From: a virus
Lineage: Duplodnaviria > Caudoviricetes
IMG/VR virus record: IMGVR_UViG_3300035396_001032
Location: 17,214-81,213 of that record
Reading direction: 5' to 3' (one strand)
DNA: 64,000 bases
Shown: positions 10,599 through 20,110 of the stretch, in pieces
Layout: each line of letters starts with the position of its first letter
Position numbering within the stretch: the stretch's first letter is position 1
The notes under the pieces: model-generated
Told to the model about the DNA's origin: nothing
The model's input: the letters and a program-made list of their open reading frames with translations, nothing else
The model's database searches: none
Position numbers and translations under genes: made by a program

Positions 10599-11219
10599 AT
10601 GAAATTAAAAAAGAAAGACTTACTTGAAATTATCGATTCAAATGGTGAGTTAATTGGTAATAGTGCTGTTCCAACAAGTGGTAGTGACTTGGAAAGTGCT
10701 GCCAGCAATACTACTGACAATAATGCTAAGATAGGTCAACAACCCTTCAGATATGACATGTTGGGTCGCTTTGGCTTTACACTTATGCCATTCATGGAAG
10801 GTAAGGAAAATCAGGGTCAACAAGAACAAATTAAAGATTGGACTGAACTCATGTACGAAATGTACATGAAAACCTTAGAGTATTATTACAGAAATCCAAA
10901 TAAACTAAAATCTGAATTCAGAATTCTTTCAAAAAAAGAAGAAGAAAATCCTTCAAATGAACGCACAAAAATTGAGGATTTTTGGGCAAAAGTAATTATT
11001 GATATAGTTGAGTCACACATTAAGAAGAGTGTAAAACCAATTGATGAAGCAGCAGTTGTTGAAGACAAGGTAGTTGATAAGAAAGGCGAGGATGAAATAT
11101 CAAATAAGTCTGAAGATAAAGAAGTTAGAGAAAAGAAAATCGAAAAAATTGCTGGTTTGATTAACAAACTGGAGAAAAAAGATATTGATAAGCTAATTAA
11201 TTTGTTGGAGAACAAGTAA
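10599..11219 (+). CDS. Hypothetical protein, charged, possibly head-associated
   Basis: 206-aa ORF after the motif; K/E-rich C-terminus. Confidence 0.75.
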   Translation: MKLKKKDLLEIIDSNGELIGNSAVPTSGSDLESAASNTTDNNAKIGQQPFRYDMLGRFGFTLMPFMEGKENQGQQEQIKDWTELMYEMYMKTLEYYYRNPNKLKSEFRILSKKEEENPSNERTKIEDFWAKVIIDIVESHIKKSVKPIDEAAVVEDKVVDKKGEDEISNKSEDKEVREKKIEKIAGLINKLEKKDIDKLINLLENK

Positions 11220-12007
11220 TGTCAAACCAAGCATTATATAATAACAAGTATATCGTTCCTTCAAATATTCTTGAATATATTCGAAGAATGATACTAACCT
11301 ATAAACCAAATGATGGTCAACGTGAAAAAGCTGACCATATTTTAACTCATGGTGGTAGTGATGGTATTACATACCCCTATATGGAAAAGTTGAAGCATGA
11401 CTTTAATAATAACGGATTTTCAAGTAATATTGAGTATGGTCTTGCAGGTGGTGAACTAATGAAAGCATTTGTTGAGTCAAAATTAAATCAAGAAAGGGAT
11501 GGGGTGAATAGGGCGAAACAAGTACGTCAGGACATGACATCGAACCCAAATTCTGAACTAAAACCATATCAAACACCACGTTTGAATGAGGATAAAAAGA
11601 AAAAGAAAGAACTGAAAAAGAACGCAGTGGCTGTTATTGTGAATGATGATAATAAAATATTGTTATTAAAAAGGGCAGACAATAAGGACATTTGGATGCC
11701 AAATAAATGGGCACTTGTTGGTGGTGCAATTGAAAAGGGCGAAACCCCACAGAAAGCATGTGAAAGAGAAATTAAAGAAGAGATTGGCTTGGAGATTAAA
11801 AAGTTTGTCAAATCTTTTAGTATTCATAGAAATGCAGATAGTGTTGAACACATTTTTGCCTGCAGGTATAAAGGTGAACCAACCGACATTGAACTTAATG
11901 ACGAAAATACTAATTATGGATGGTATGATACAAGTGAAATGAAGTATTTGGATATTGTTCCACATTTAATGGAATATATTACACTTGTCTTTAAAAAATA
12001 TGAATAA
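11219..12007 (+). CDS. Nudix hydrolase fused to an unknown N-terminal domain
   Basis: Complete Nudix box GGAIEKGETPQKACEREIKEEIG preceded by ILLLKR...KWALVG; about 120-aa N-terminal domain joined by an RLNED-KKKKK linker. Confidence 0.9.
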   Translation: MSNQALYNNKYIVPSNILEYIRRMILTYKPNDGQREKADHILTHGGSDGITYPYMEKLKHDFNNNGFSSNIEYGLAGGELMKAFVESKLNQERDGVNRAKQVRQDMTSNPNSELKPYQTPRLNEDKKKKKELKKNAVAVIVNDDNKILLLKRADNKDIWMPNKWALVGGAIEKGETPQKACEREIKEEIGLEIKKFVKSFSIHRNADSVEHIFACRYKGEPTDIELNDENTNYGWYDTSEMKYLDIVPHLMEYITLVFKKYE

Positions 12008-12010
12008 TTT

Positions 12011-12019
12011 GTATTTATA
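12011..12019 (+). promoter_or_regulatory. GTATTTAT phage promoter motif
   Basis: GTATTTATA 40 nt before ATG 12051. Confidence 0.65.
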
Positions 12020-12050
12020 GTAAATAACAGAAAAAATTAATAATACTAAA

Positions 12051-12308
12051 ATGAGTAGATTAGAAACAATAAGTAAGGAATATTATGATTGTTCACTTGC
12101 ACAAAATGCTGCACGTTATACAGTAAATAAGGAATATTTGCCAAGTACACCAGATACAATTTCAGATGGTGACATGAAAGGTAGAGACCCTAAAGATGGT
12201 AGTGCCTCAAGTTCAGTTGGAACAGTACTTGATATCGAAAAAAGAAATGCATTACTTGCAAGTAATAGGTATAATCAAAATAAAGAATATAATTCAGGAA
12301 ATGCATAA
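12051..12308 (+). CDS. Small hypothetical protein
   Basis: 85-aa ORF after the motif, TAATG-coupled to next gene. Confidence 0.7.
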   Translation: MSRLETISKEYYDCSLAQNAARYTVNKEYLPSTPDTISDGDMKGRDPKDGSASSSVGTVLDIEKRNALLASNRYNQNKEYNSGNA

Positions 12309-13255
12309 TGTTAACTGAGGAAAAATTATTGTTCGAAAACATTAAAAACTTTCGTCATCTTGTTTCAGAAGGCGTTGGTGGAAATTCTCTTGTGGATGCC
12401 ATAAACAACCATGAATGGATTTACTTATATTATTCTGGTGATGAAAAAACACCAAAAGGATATCGAACAATAAGACCTTATGTTTTGGGCACAAATAAGT
12501 CTGGCAATAAAGTACTGAGAGCATGGCAAGATAATCCAAAAAACAGTTATCATTTCGACAATAGACCAACACGTACTGATAGTCAAAATCACGATTTTTG
12601 GTCTGATGAAGAGGGTGTGAAACCGGGGTGGCGCATGTTCCGAGTCGATAAAATATCGAAAATTTTACCAATTGGTAAGAAGTTTCACGATTCAAATGGT
12701 GCGGTAATGATACCTGCAGGTTATCATGAAGGTGGTGATGATGATATGACAAGCATTGAAGCATATGTTTCTACAAAAACTAAACCCGATGTTGATTACA
12801 AATATTCAAAAGAAGTTCCAAGTACTGGCATGCCTGATAAGGAAGCTGTGTGGAATAGTATTCGTAGAGGTAATAAAAATAGGAAGAAAATCACGTCAAA
12901 TGATATTATTAAGTTACGTGACCTTGCAAGTAAGTTTCATAAGAAAAGCCTTAGCAATTACATGGTAGTAATTGACGATAAAAACAATTTTCAATTAATA
13001 ACTACCAATGATGTTAGAACAAAAAACATTCCTGATTCTGCAATTGTAGGAAGTTTACCTTATCTTTATGATTCGATTGTTAATGCAAATGCACCAGCAG
13101 ATGATAAATTCTTTAAAGACGTTAAAAACAAGGCACAGTCTGGCATTGAACAAAAGAAACAAAAGGATATGGATAAAGGATTTTCGAAAATTATGAAGGA
13201 AGAAGAAAAAATCACTACAATACCATTCAAAATAAAGACTTTTTTCAAACAATAA
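12308..13255 (+). CDS. WYL-like domain protein (no HTH)
   Basis: IYLYYSG...RTIRPYVLG...VLRAWQ...GWRMFRVDKI follows the WYL pattern (R-x-h-x-P...L-x-A-W...WR-x-FR-x-D-x-I); unknown C-terminal domain. Confidence 0.7.
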   Translation: MLTEEKLLFENIKNFRHLVSEGVGGNSLVDAINNHEWIYLYYSGDEKTPKGYRTIRPYVLGTNKSGNKVLRAWQDNPKNSYHFDNRPTRTDSQNHDFWSDEEGVKPGWRMFRVDKISKILPIGKKFHDSNGAVMIPAGYHEGGDDDMTSIEAYVSTKTKPDVDYKYSKEVPSTGMPDKEAVWNSIRRGNKNRKKITSNDIIKLRDLASKFHKKSLSNYMVVIDDKNNFQLITTNDVRTKNIPDSAIVGSLPYLYDSIVNANAPADDKFFKDVKNKAQSGIEQKKQKDMDKGFSKIMKEEEKITTIPFKIKTFFKQ

Positions 13256-13256
13256 C

Positions 13257-13265
13257 GTATTTATA
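13257..13265 (+). promoter_or_regulatory. GTATTTAT phage promoter motif
   Basis: GTATTTATA 31 nt before ATG 13288. Confidence 0.65.
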
Positions 13266-13287
13266 AAAAATAATAAAATTTTATAAA

Positions 13288-13962
13288 ATGGCAAAAACTC
13301 TTGACTTAAATAAAATAAAAGATGAAATCGATAGCCGTAAGAAGGAAAGAAATATGGTTTCATCAAGACTTGGAGAAACTGTAGGTAGTGGTATAAAACC
13401 ACGTGATGAATTCTTAAATGGATTATTGACAGCATACACAACTGGCAGAGATACTGCTTCAAGCAATTTAATTAAAATCGTTGAAAATAAGGTTGCAGCT
13501 AAACATGGCGAAGCACAGAAGCACGTAATTAGTGAAACTCCTGTTCAACAACAACAGCGTCCAGTACAGCATGGACAAGTAGATATGTCACCTGAAAGGG
13601 ATGAACAATTGTTTTTTGATTTGGAAAGAAAACGTAAACAAACTCTTGCGGAATCAATTGAAAATTTCGGTAAAATTCCAGCAATTGGTGCGCCAATGCA
13701 AAACAATCCACAATATGCTGGACAACCAATGCAGATTAATGAAGCATATCTTACAGAGAATGTTAAGAATACTGTAAATAATTACTTGAGTGAAAATCTC
13801 GGTCCTATCTTCGAAGAAGCAATCAAAAGCACAATCATTGAAATGTATGCCGTTGAAAGAATCAAAGAAGTACTTACAGAAAACAAAGAAATGATAAAAA
13901 CGCTTGTATATGATACAATTCGAGAAATACAAGCAGCTAACGCTAAAAAGAAAGTGCAATAA
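13288..13962 (+). CDS. Hypothetical protein
   Basis: 224-aa ORF, helical, Q/P-rich linker. Confidence 0.75.
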   Translation: MAKTLDLNKIKDEIDSRKKERNMVSSRLGETVGSGIKPRDEFLNGLLTAYTTGRDTASSNLIKIVENKVAAKHGEAQKHVISETPVQQQQRPVQHGQVDMSPERDEQLFFDLERKRKQTLAESIENFGKIPAIGAPMQNNPQYAGQPMQINEAYLTENVKNTVNNYLSENLGPIFEEAIKSTIIEMYAVERIKEVLTENKEMIKTLVYDTIREIQAANAKKKVQ

Positions 13963-13978
13963 CCATTGCACTTTTTTT
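13951..13978 (+). terminator. Intrinsic terminator
   Basis: AAAGTGCAAT-aacc-ATTGCACTTT followed by a T-run, spanning the stop of 13288..13962. Confidence 0.85.
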
Positions 13979-13989
13979 AGCTTAAGTTT

Positions 13990-13998
13990 GTATTTATG
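13990..13998 (+). promoter_or_regulatory. GTATTTAT phage promoter motif
   Basis: GTATTTATG 25 nt before ATG 14015, directly after a terminator. Confidence 0.7.
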
Positions 13999-14014
13999 AA
14001 TATAATATACAGAC

Positions 14015-16900
14015 ATGACATACGCAGAATTTCTTGAAAATATCTTAAGTGAACTACTTAAAATCAACTCATTTGCAGGTAGAATAAAATTTGCTGATGG
14101 AAACTTACAAAGAATTGGTAGTGGTAGTGGTAGAATCGTTTATGATATTGATGGTCAGAAAGTTCTAAAGCTGGCTAAAAATCCTAAAGGTGTTGCACAA
14201 AATGGTGCAGAAATGGATACTGGTCGTTATCAAGATACTCAACATATTGTTACAATTGTTTATGAAAGTGCTGATGATAATGCGTGGATAATTTCAGAAA
14301 AAGCAAAAAAAGTTACTGAAAGAAGAATAAAAGAACTTACAGGTATTCCAAGTCTTAGTGACCTATATTACTTTCTCAGTAATTATGAGTCACAAGCTAA
14401 GGGTCGTAGACCAATTCATCGTCAAGACCAAGAACTAACAGATTTTTTCTGGGAAAATGAATTTGCAACACAGATTGGCGATTTGATTGCTAATTACAGT
14501 CAACACGCAGGTGACATGGGAAGACCAAGTACATATGGTGAAGTACTTCGTGATGGTCAACCATCAATCGTTCTAACTGATTATGGTCTAAGTGATGAAG
14601 TGTATTCATCACACTATGAAAGAAAACCCAATAAATATCAAATGTATGAAATGTATAACTTTGCCGATGGCAATGATGATATGCTTTCAGACATTGGTAA
14701 TGTTGGTCAAGACCAAAGGCGTGGAATGTGGGCATTAATTCCACAAGGTGTGGGCGATGGTGATGAACCAATGAATGAAGAATTCATTGACTATGTTCAA
14801 AACAGAAATAAATATCCTGAAAAACGTTTACCTAATCTACCATTCTTAGCTGACAAGTTCAATGAATGTGTAAATAATATCAAAGAAACCCTTAACGTTG
14901 TTGAAAACAAAAAATTGTTTTACAATAACTTATTGGAACTTCAAGATTACCTTGTTTCCCAGAAGTTTTATGAGAAAGAACAACTAAATCATGAGGAATA
15001 TGTTATTAATGAAGCCGATGTTCCTGATGTTCAAATGTTTAGTTTATCTGACGCAAATTATGCAACGAATATGGCAAATATCGTTGCACAGAAATTAGGA
15101 TTAACTACTCCGAAATTATTAGGTAAGGGCGAAAATGGTTTTGCATTTGAAATCAATGATAATTTGGTGTTAAAACTAACTGCAGATGTTAGTGAAGCAG
15201 ATGCTGGAATAAAACTAATGAGAGGAAACCCAAAATATCTTCCCGAAATTTTTAACATATATAAAATTGTTGATACTGAAGCGAATAAAGCATATTTTGG
15301 ATTACTTGAAGAAAATATTAATGAAAAACCACTCGAAAGATTTAGAAAATTTGATGAAGACCTTGCATTGATATTCCCAAATCAAGGACTTAATATGTTT
15401 TATAAGCCAATGAGAAGAAATTTTGATTATAACACATTGGCTGAAAAGGCGAAGGAAATTCTAACAGCTAATCCAGAAGCAAATGTTTCAGAACCCGACA
15501 GAAAAGCTGCATATGATTACGTCATTGGATTGCTGAACATCAAACAAGAAATGGATAACTTTAGTATTAAGTCAAATGACTATACCGTAATAGCAAATCT
15601 TGGATATAAAAATGGTGTTCTTAAATATTTTGACGTAGGTGGTCGTATGGGTACTCCTGAACCACCAATTGACGATAATAATCTATTATATATTCCCGAA
15701 GATGCTACTTCTAAGTTCTCAACTATTGATTCAATAGGCAGGGATGATTTTCCAGTGTATGATAATAACGATACATCACCAATGACTGATAATAATATCA
15801 GAACTAATGAAGATTTAGAATATCGTCATGCAAGTGATGCAACTCAAGATAAATATACGATTGACGAACTTGTTGAAAGGGTTTTGTCATCAATGGCGGG
15901 GAGCAGTACTGTTAATGTAAAAAAAAAGTGTAAGTTAGGTGGTCAAGGTAATACAAGTGCTGCTTGTAATCAGGGTGATATCAGTAACTTAGATATTAAA
16001 CCACTTACTGAAGCATCAATTCCATATAATAAAACTTATTGGGGATGGGTATCACCAAGCAATGAATTTATTCAAGTTCCACAACTACAACATGCAGAAT
16101 ATATTCGAACTAAATACCCAAATCTTTTCATGCTTGACGATGTATTTGAACAAGCATTTAAAGATGGTTGGGTAAGAGTTATATATCAATATTATCAAGA
16201 TAGATTCTCTGGTAGTTTATCAATTAATGGTTACGATAAGAAACGTGTGAAACACGTGTTGAAAACCATGTTTTTTGACAGCATTAAATATGGTGATAAT
16301 CAAATATATTTGGCATATGAAAATCCTGATGGTGGTGACATGTTCAGAACCAATAGTGCAGATAATAAAGCAAAACTGGCGAGTTATATATCTGAAAACG
16401 TTTTAAATGAAACTGGTGAGGGCAATGCTCAACCATATGATGTTACGATTAAAAGAAGTGATGATTATAAAAAGGAATATTCGTTTCGAACCGAAGATAA
16501 TGATTATTATGAAATCATATTTAACGAACAATCATTAGGTGATAATAAATGGTATGTTGCATTTGGTACTAAAGATGCTGATACCGACCATTATAATTTC
16601 AATGTTGTTGTGAATAAAGGCAAGCTATATAGAGTAATGGCAACCTTATTAAAGGTGATGAAAGGCTTCATTGCTAATACAAAACCAGTTAGCATTGAAA
16701 TTGAACCCACAAAAAGAAATACGATGCATGTGCAAGATAGAGGAAGATTTAAACTATATTTGCAATATATTAAGAAAAATTTACCACCTGATTATGAATT
16801 TCTCGAAACTCATGATGCAATCTTCATAGAGAAGAAGAGAGGTGTTAGTGAAACACAATTAATATTAAATAATATTAATGAGGCTAAATTATTATTGTAA
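14015..16900 (+). CDS. Multidomain protein with two protein-kinase-like domains plus unknown C-terminal modules
   Basis: Kinase 1: IGSGSGRIVY (14117), VLKLA, QNGAE, HAGD, LTDYG (14579). Kinase 2: LGKGENGFAF (15122), VLKLT, SEA, SND..IANLG, YFDVG (15632). Confidence 0.75.
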   Translation: MTYAEFLENILSELLKINSFAGRIKFADGNLQRIGSGSGRIVYDIDGQKVLKLAKNPKGVAQNGAEMDTGRYQDTQHIVTIVYESADDNAWIISEKAKKVTERRIKELTGIPSLSDLYYFLSNYESQAKGRRPIHRQDQELTDFFWENEFATQIGDLIANYSQHAGDMGRPSTYGEVLRDGQPSIVLTDYGLSDEVYSSHYERKPNKYQMYEMYNFADGNDDMLSDIGNVGQDQRRGMWALIPQGVGDGDEPMNEEFIDYVQNRNKYPEKRLPNLPFLADKFNECVNNIKETLNVVENKKLFYNNLLELQDYLVSQKFYEKEQLNHEEYVINEADVPDVQMFSLSDANYATNMANIVAQKLGLTTPKLLGKGENGFAFEINDNLVLKLTADVSEADAGIKLMRGNPKYLPEIFNIYKIVDTEANKAYFGLLEENINEKPLERFRKFDEDLALIFPNQGLNMFYKPMRRNFDYNTLAEKAKEILTANPEANVSEPDRKAAYDYVIGLLNIKQEMDNFSIKSNDYTVIANLGYKNGVLKYFDVGGRMGTPEPPIDDNNLLYIPEDATSKFSTIDSIGRDDFPVYDNNDTSPMTDNNIRTNEDLEYRHASDATQDKYTIDELVERVLSSMAGSSTVNVKKKCKLGGQGNTSAACNQGDISNLDIKPLTEASIPYNKTYWGWVSPSNEFIQVPQLQHAEYIRTKYPNLFMLDDVFEQAFKDGWVRVIYQYYQDRFSGSLSINGYDKKRVKHVLKTMFFDSIKYGDNQIYLAYENPDGGDMFRTNSADNKAKLASYISENVLNETGEGNAQPYDVTIKRSDDYKKEYSFRTEDNDYYEIIFNEQSLGDNKWYVAFGTKDADTDHYNFNVVVNKGKLYRVMATLLKVMKGFIANTKPVSIEIEPTKRNTMHVQDRGRFKLYLQYIKKNLPPDYEFLETHDAIFIEKKRGVSETQLILNNINEAKLLL

Positions 16901-16951
16901 AATAATAGACCCGTTTAGAATATTTCGTGCACTTCTATACTATTTATATTT

Positions 16952-17779
16952 ATGGGAAACAAATGGAATGATTTGGAAATAAATTTACTAAGAAGCATTT
17001 ATTCTGAAACAAATGATGCTGATATAATTACTTATTTTAGTGGACGAACATTAACATCAATTAAAGTTAAGGCAAAAAGATTAAAGTTTTATCGTAATGT
17101 TGATGTTAAAGCATCTAATAGACGTAGTGCAAGTACTGGTGAAAAAAATGGCATGTATGGAAAATCGTCAAAGATAAGTGGCAAAACATATGATGATTAT
17201 TATGGTGTTGAAAAATCAAATTCCATAAAAAAAAAGCTGTCTATAGATAAAATTGGTAAAATTGGTTTGGCTGGCGAAAAAAATGGTATGCATGGGAAAA
17301 TACCACACAATAAAGGTATTTCACCAAATGAAACAATAAAACTGAAAATTAAAAGAGGTATTATTGACTATTGGAATAATTTAAATGAAATAGATTTAAA
17401 AAAAAGAAAAGATAAATTAAGAGAAGATTGGATTATTAAAAGGGATAAATATTCGGAAATCGATACATTACCTGAAAAAATTGCAGAAAAATTATTAATT
17501 AAGTTGTGTTTAACATATCAAAAAAAAATAAACATTGGTTATTATAATTGTGACTTTGTAGTTAATGATACAATTCTTGAAGTTCAAGGAGATTATTGGC
17601 ATGGCAATCCTGAGTTTTATAATTCGTTTGATAGTATACAAGAAAAAAATATTAATCGTGATAGAAGAAAATTAAATTATTTACAATCAAAAGGATTTAA
17701 AATAATATATTTGTGGGAAAATGATTTAAAAAAGAATCTCGATTATTGTGAAAAAACATTAATAAAAGAATTAAAATGA
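16952..17779 (+). mobile_element. Free-standing putative homing endonuclease (Myb/HTH + NUMOD3-like repeats + Vsr/DUF559-like nuclease)
   Basis: Two GEKNGM(Y/H)GK repeats; C-terminal CDFVV...ILEVQGDYWHGNP...RDRRK..YLQSKGFKIIYLWENDL; lower G+C than flanks in spot counts (13/60 at 17401-17460 vs 23/60 at 18301-18360). Confidence 0.75.
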
Positions 17780-19602
17780 GTAATATACAAGACTTTATAT
17801 TAAATATAAGACAAAAGTTATTTATTAAATCACTAATAACTGATTTAAAATCAGACATTTATGTTGTGGGTGGAGCAACCAGAGACCTTATACTAAATAA
17901 GCCCAATAAGGATATTGACTTAATTGTTCGAAATGTGCCAATAGATATATTAATTGCACATCTACAAAAATTTGGTAGAGTAGATGCTGTTGGTAAATCA
18001 TTTGGTGTACTTAAGTTTATTGATTCTGATGGACTTGACTATGATATAGCATTACCTCGTAAAGAAATGCCAAACGGTGAAGGCGGTTATCGTGGTTTTG
18101 ATGTTCAAAGTGATGAAAATCTGCCAATTGAAGACGACCTAATCAGAAGGGACGCTAAACTGAACGCAATGGCAATTAGTATTAATAGTGGAAAATTTAT
18201 TGACCCATTGGGTGGTTTGGATGATATCAAAAATAAATTAATATCTGCTGCCAATCCAGATGCATTTAGTGACGACCCATTGAGAATGATTCGGATGGTG
18301 GCTTTCGCAAGTCGTTTTGGTTTTACAATTGAGCCAGAGACTATGCAAATGATAATCGATAATGCACATCGTGTAAAAGAAATTGCACCTGAAAGAATTT
18401 TGACTGAATTTGATAAAATAATCAAAAAGGGTAATAAATTGACAGGTGTTGAGTTGCTTGCAAATACAGGTTTATTTAAGCAGATATTTGGTAATGAAAT
18501 CAAGCCTTCAATGCTTGGTCGTAGAGATTTTGACGGTGTGCGAACTATGGGTGAATTTATATTTCTTATGACATATGGAGTTGTGCAGCATCCTGCTGCA
18601 TTTTTCAAGGAGAAACTAAAGGGTGATATTGATTCATTCAAAGAGATTAAAGCACTTGAACAGGCATTTGATAACGCCAGTGCAGAAAACAGTATTGTTG
18701 CAAGAACTATTGCACACAATATGTTTGTTATTTCACCACCATCGTTACAAAGCCAGATACTGCCAACTGCAATTGAAACTGCAGCACAGGAATTACTTCA
18801 GGGTAAATACCCAAAGACTGTGAATGAACTTGCTTTAAATGGTAATGACTTAATGCAATTAGGATTAAAGGGTAAGGAGATTGGTGATGCACAAAAAATG
18901 ATGTTATTGAAAATCTATTCAGATATTGTTGAAAATAATAAAGAAGATTTACTATCTTTGTTGGGCAAAAATGATGTCAATGAATATGGATTCTCTGAAC
19001 CTAAAAATTCTTGGGAAGCTGATGGTCAGGAAGTTAATGTAGACTTCTTTATCGAAAAATATGACCAATGGAATCAAGGTGAGAGATTCAGAGACCCTTC
19101 AAAAGAGTCTGTTTTACGATTCTTCGAAGACGAATTTGTTGAATTAGTTGGTGATGAAAAGCTAAGACAAGAATTGCTCTGGGCATTGACAGATAGGGAT
19201 GTACTTAACGAAAACGTTGAAATGAATAATATTGCATATACTGGTATCGTTCTTGATGAAACATCAAAACAGAAACTTATTAAGGTTTTCAGTAAAATGA
19301 TACCCGAAGGTTGGGAAGTTATTGCACATCATATGACTTTGAACTTAGGTGCAATTGATTCTAAATATGTGCAGGATTTGGATAAGGAAATCGAACTAAC
19401 TGTTGTTGATTATGCGATAGATGATAAGGTTATGGCAGTTGGTGTGGATGGCTACCCAACTAACAACAAGAAAGCACACATTACCTTAGCAGTTAATAGG
19501 CAGGGTGGCGGTAAGCCAATGATGTCAAACAGTTTAACTGAATGGAGACCAATTGAGTTTCCGCTTGTATTGAAAGGAATTGTAACTCAAGTAAGAAAAT
19601 AA
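17776..19602 (+). CDS. cca: Class II CCA-adding/tRNA nucleotidyltransferase fused to C-terminal 2H phosphoesterase
   Basis: YVVGGATRDL...KDIDL (DxD), RRDAKLNAMA, FSDDPLRMIR, PERILTEFDK. C-terminal HHMTL (about 19327) and HITL (19477) are the paired HxT motifs of 2H enzymes. Confidence 0.88.
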   Translation: MSNIQDFILNIRQKLFIKSLITDLKSDIYVVGGATRDLILNKPNKDIDLIVRNVPIDILIAHLQKFGRVDAVGKSFGVLKFIDSDGLDYDIALPRKEMPNGEGGYRGFDVQSDENLPIEDDLIRRDAKLNAMAISINSGKFIDPLGGLDDIKNKLISAANPDAFSDDPLRMIRMVAFASRFGFTIEPETMQMIIDNAHRVKEIAPERILTEFDKIIKKGNKLTGVELLANTGLFKQIFGNEIKPSMLGRRDFDGVRTMGEFIFLMTYGVVQHPAAFFKEKLKGDIDSFKEIKALEQAFDNASAENSIVARTIAHNMFVISPPSLQSQILPTAIETAAQELLQGKYPKTVNELALNGNDLMQLGLKGKEIGDAQKMMLLKIYSDIVENNKEDLLSLLGKNDVNEYGFSEPKNSWEADGQEVNVDFFIEKYDQWNQGERFRDPSKESVLRFFEDEFVELVGDEKLRQELLWALTDRDVLNENVEMNNIAYTGIVLDETSKQKLIKVFSKMIPEGWEVIAHHMTLNLGAIDSKYVQDLDKEIELTVVDYAIDDKVMAVGVDGYPTNNKKAHITLAVNRQGGGKPMMSNSLTEWRPIEFPLVLKGIVTQVRK

Positions 19603-19603
19603 T

Positions 19604-20110
19604 ATGGCAGATTGGAAAGAATCATCTAAACTTGGTTTTGATTTTGAAGATTTTTGTTTGAAAGATATTAACGAAAAGGTTAATCCACTTGCATATAGAA
19701 ATCAGATTAAAAGTGAATATAGCTTTTATGATATAATACTTCATGATGGTAATTTTGCTGAAAATCATCAACAAAAAACTATTGAATGTAAGTTTGATGA
19801 AAAGGCTAATGAAACTGGTAATATTTGTATTGAAACTGGTTGTAATGGTAGATTGTCTGGATTATTGATTACGAAAGCTGATTATTGGCAGATTGGCGAT
19901 GGATTTCAAATGTTTTTAATTAAAACGGATATGATTAGGACATGTATCAACAATCATCCAAATGAAATTCAATATAAAAGGAAATATCCAGTAACACAGG
20001 AAGATGGTGTTACAAAAGATATGACATTTTATTTAATACCTAAACGATTATTTATTGAATATTGTTTAGAGGTTGCTGGAATTAATGATATGACATATAA
20101 AGATTTATGA
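19604..20110 (+). CDS. PD-(D/E)xK restriction-endonuclease-fold protein
   Basis: GFDFED...YDIIL...TIECKFD...TGNICIE...SGL..TKADYW pattern of small phage PD-(D/E)xK nucleases. Confidence 0.65.
   Translation: MADWKESSKLGFDFEDFCLKDINEKVNPLAYRNQIKSEYSFYDIILHDGNFAENHQQKTIECKFDEKANETGNICIETGCNGRLSGLLITKADYWQIGDGFQMFLIKTDMIRTCINNHPNEIQYKRKYPVTQEDGVTKDMTFYLIPKRLFIEYCLEVAGINDMTYKDL

Noticed and set aside
16900-17780. Group I intron around the homing endonuclease
   Set aside because: Only about 50 nt is non-coding and no P7/core-like elements were recognised; both flanking ORFs have their own stop and start.
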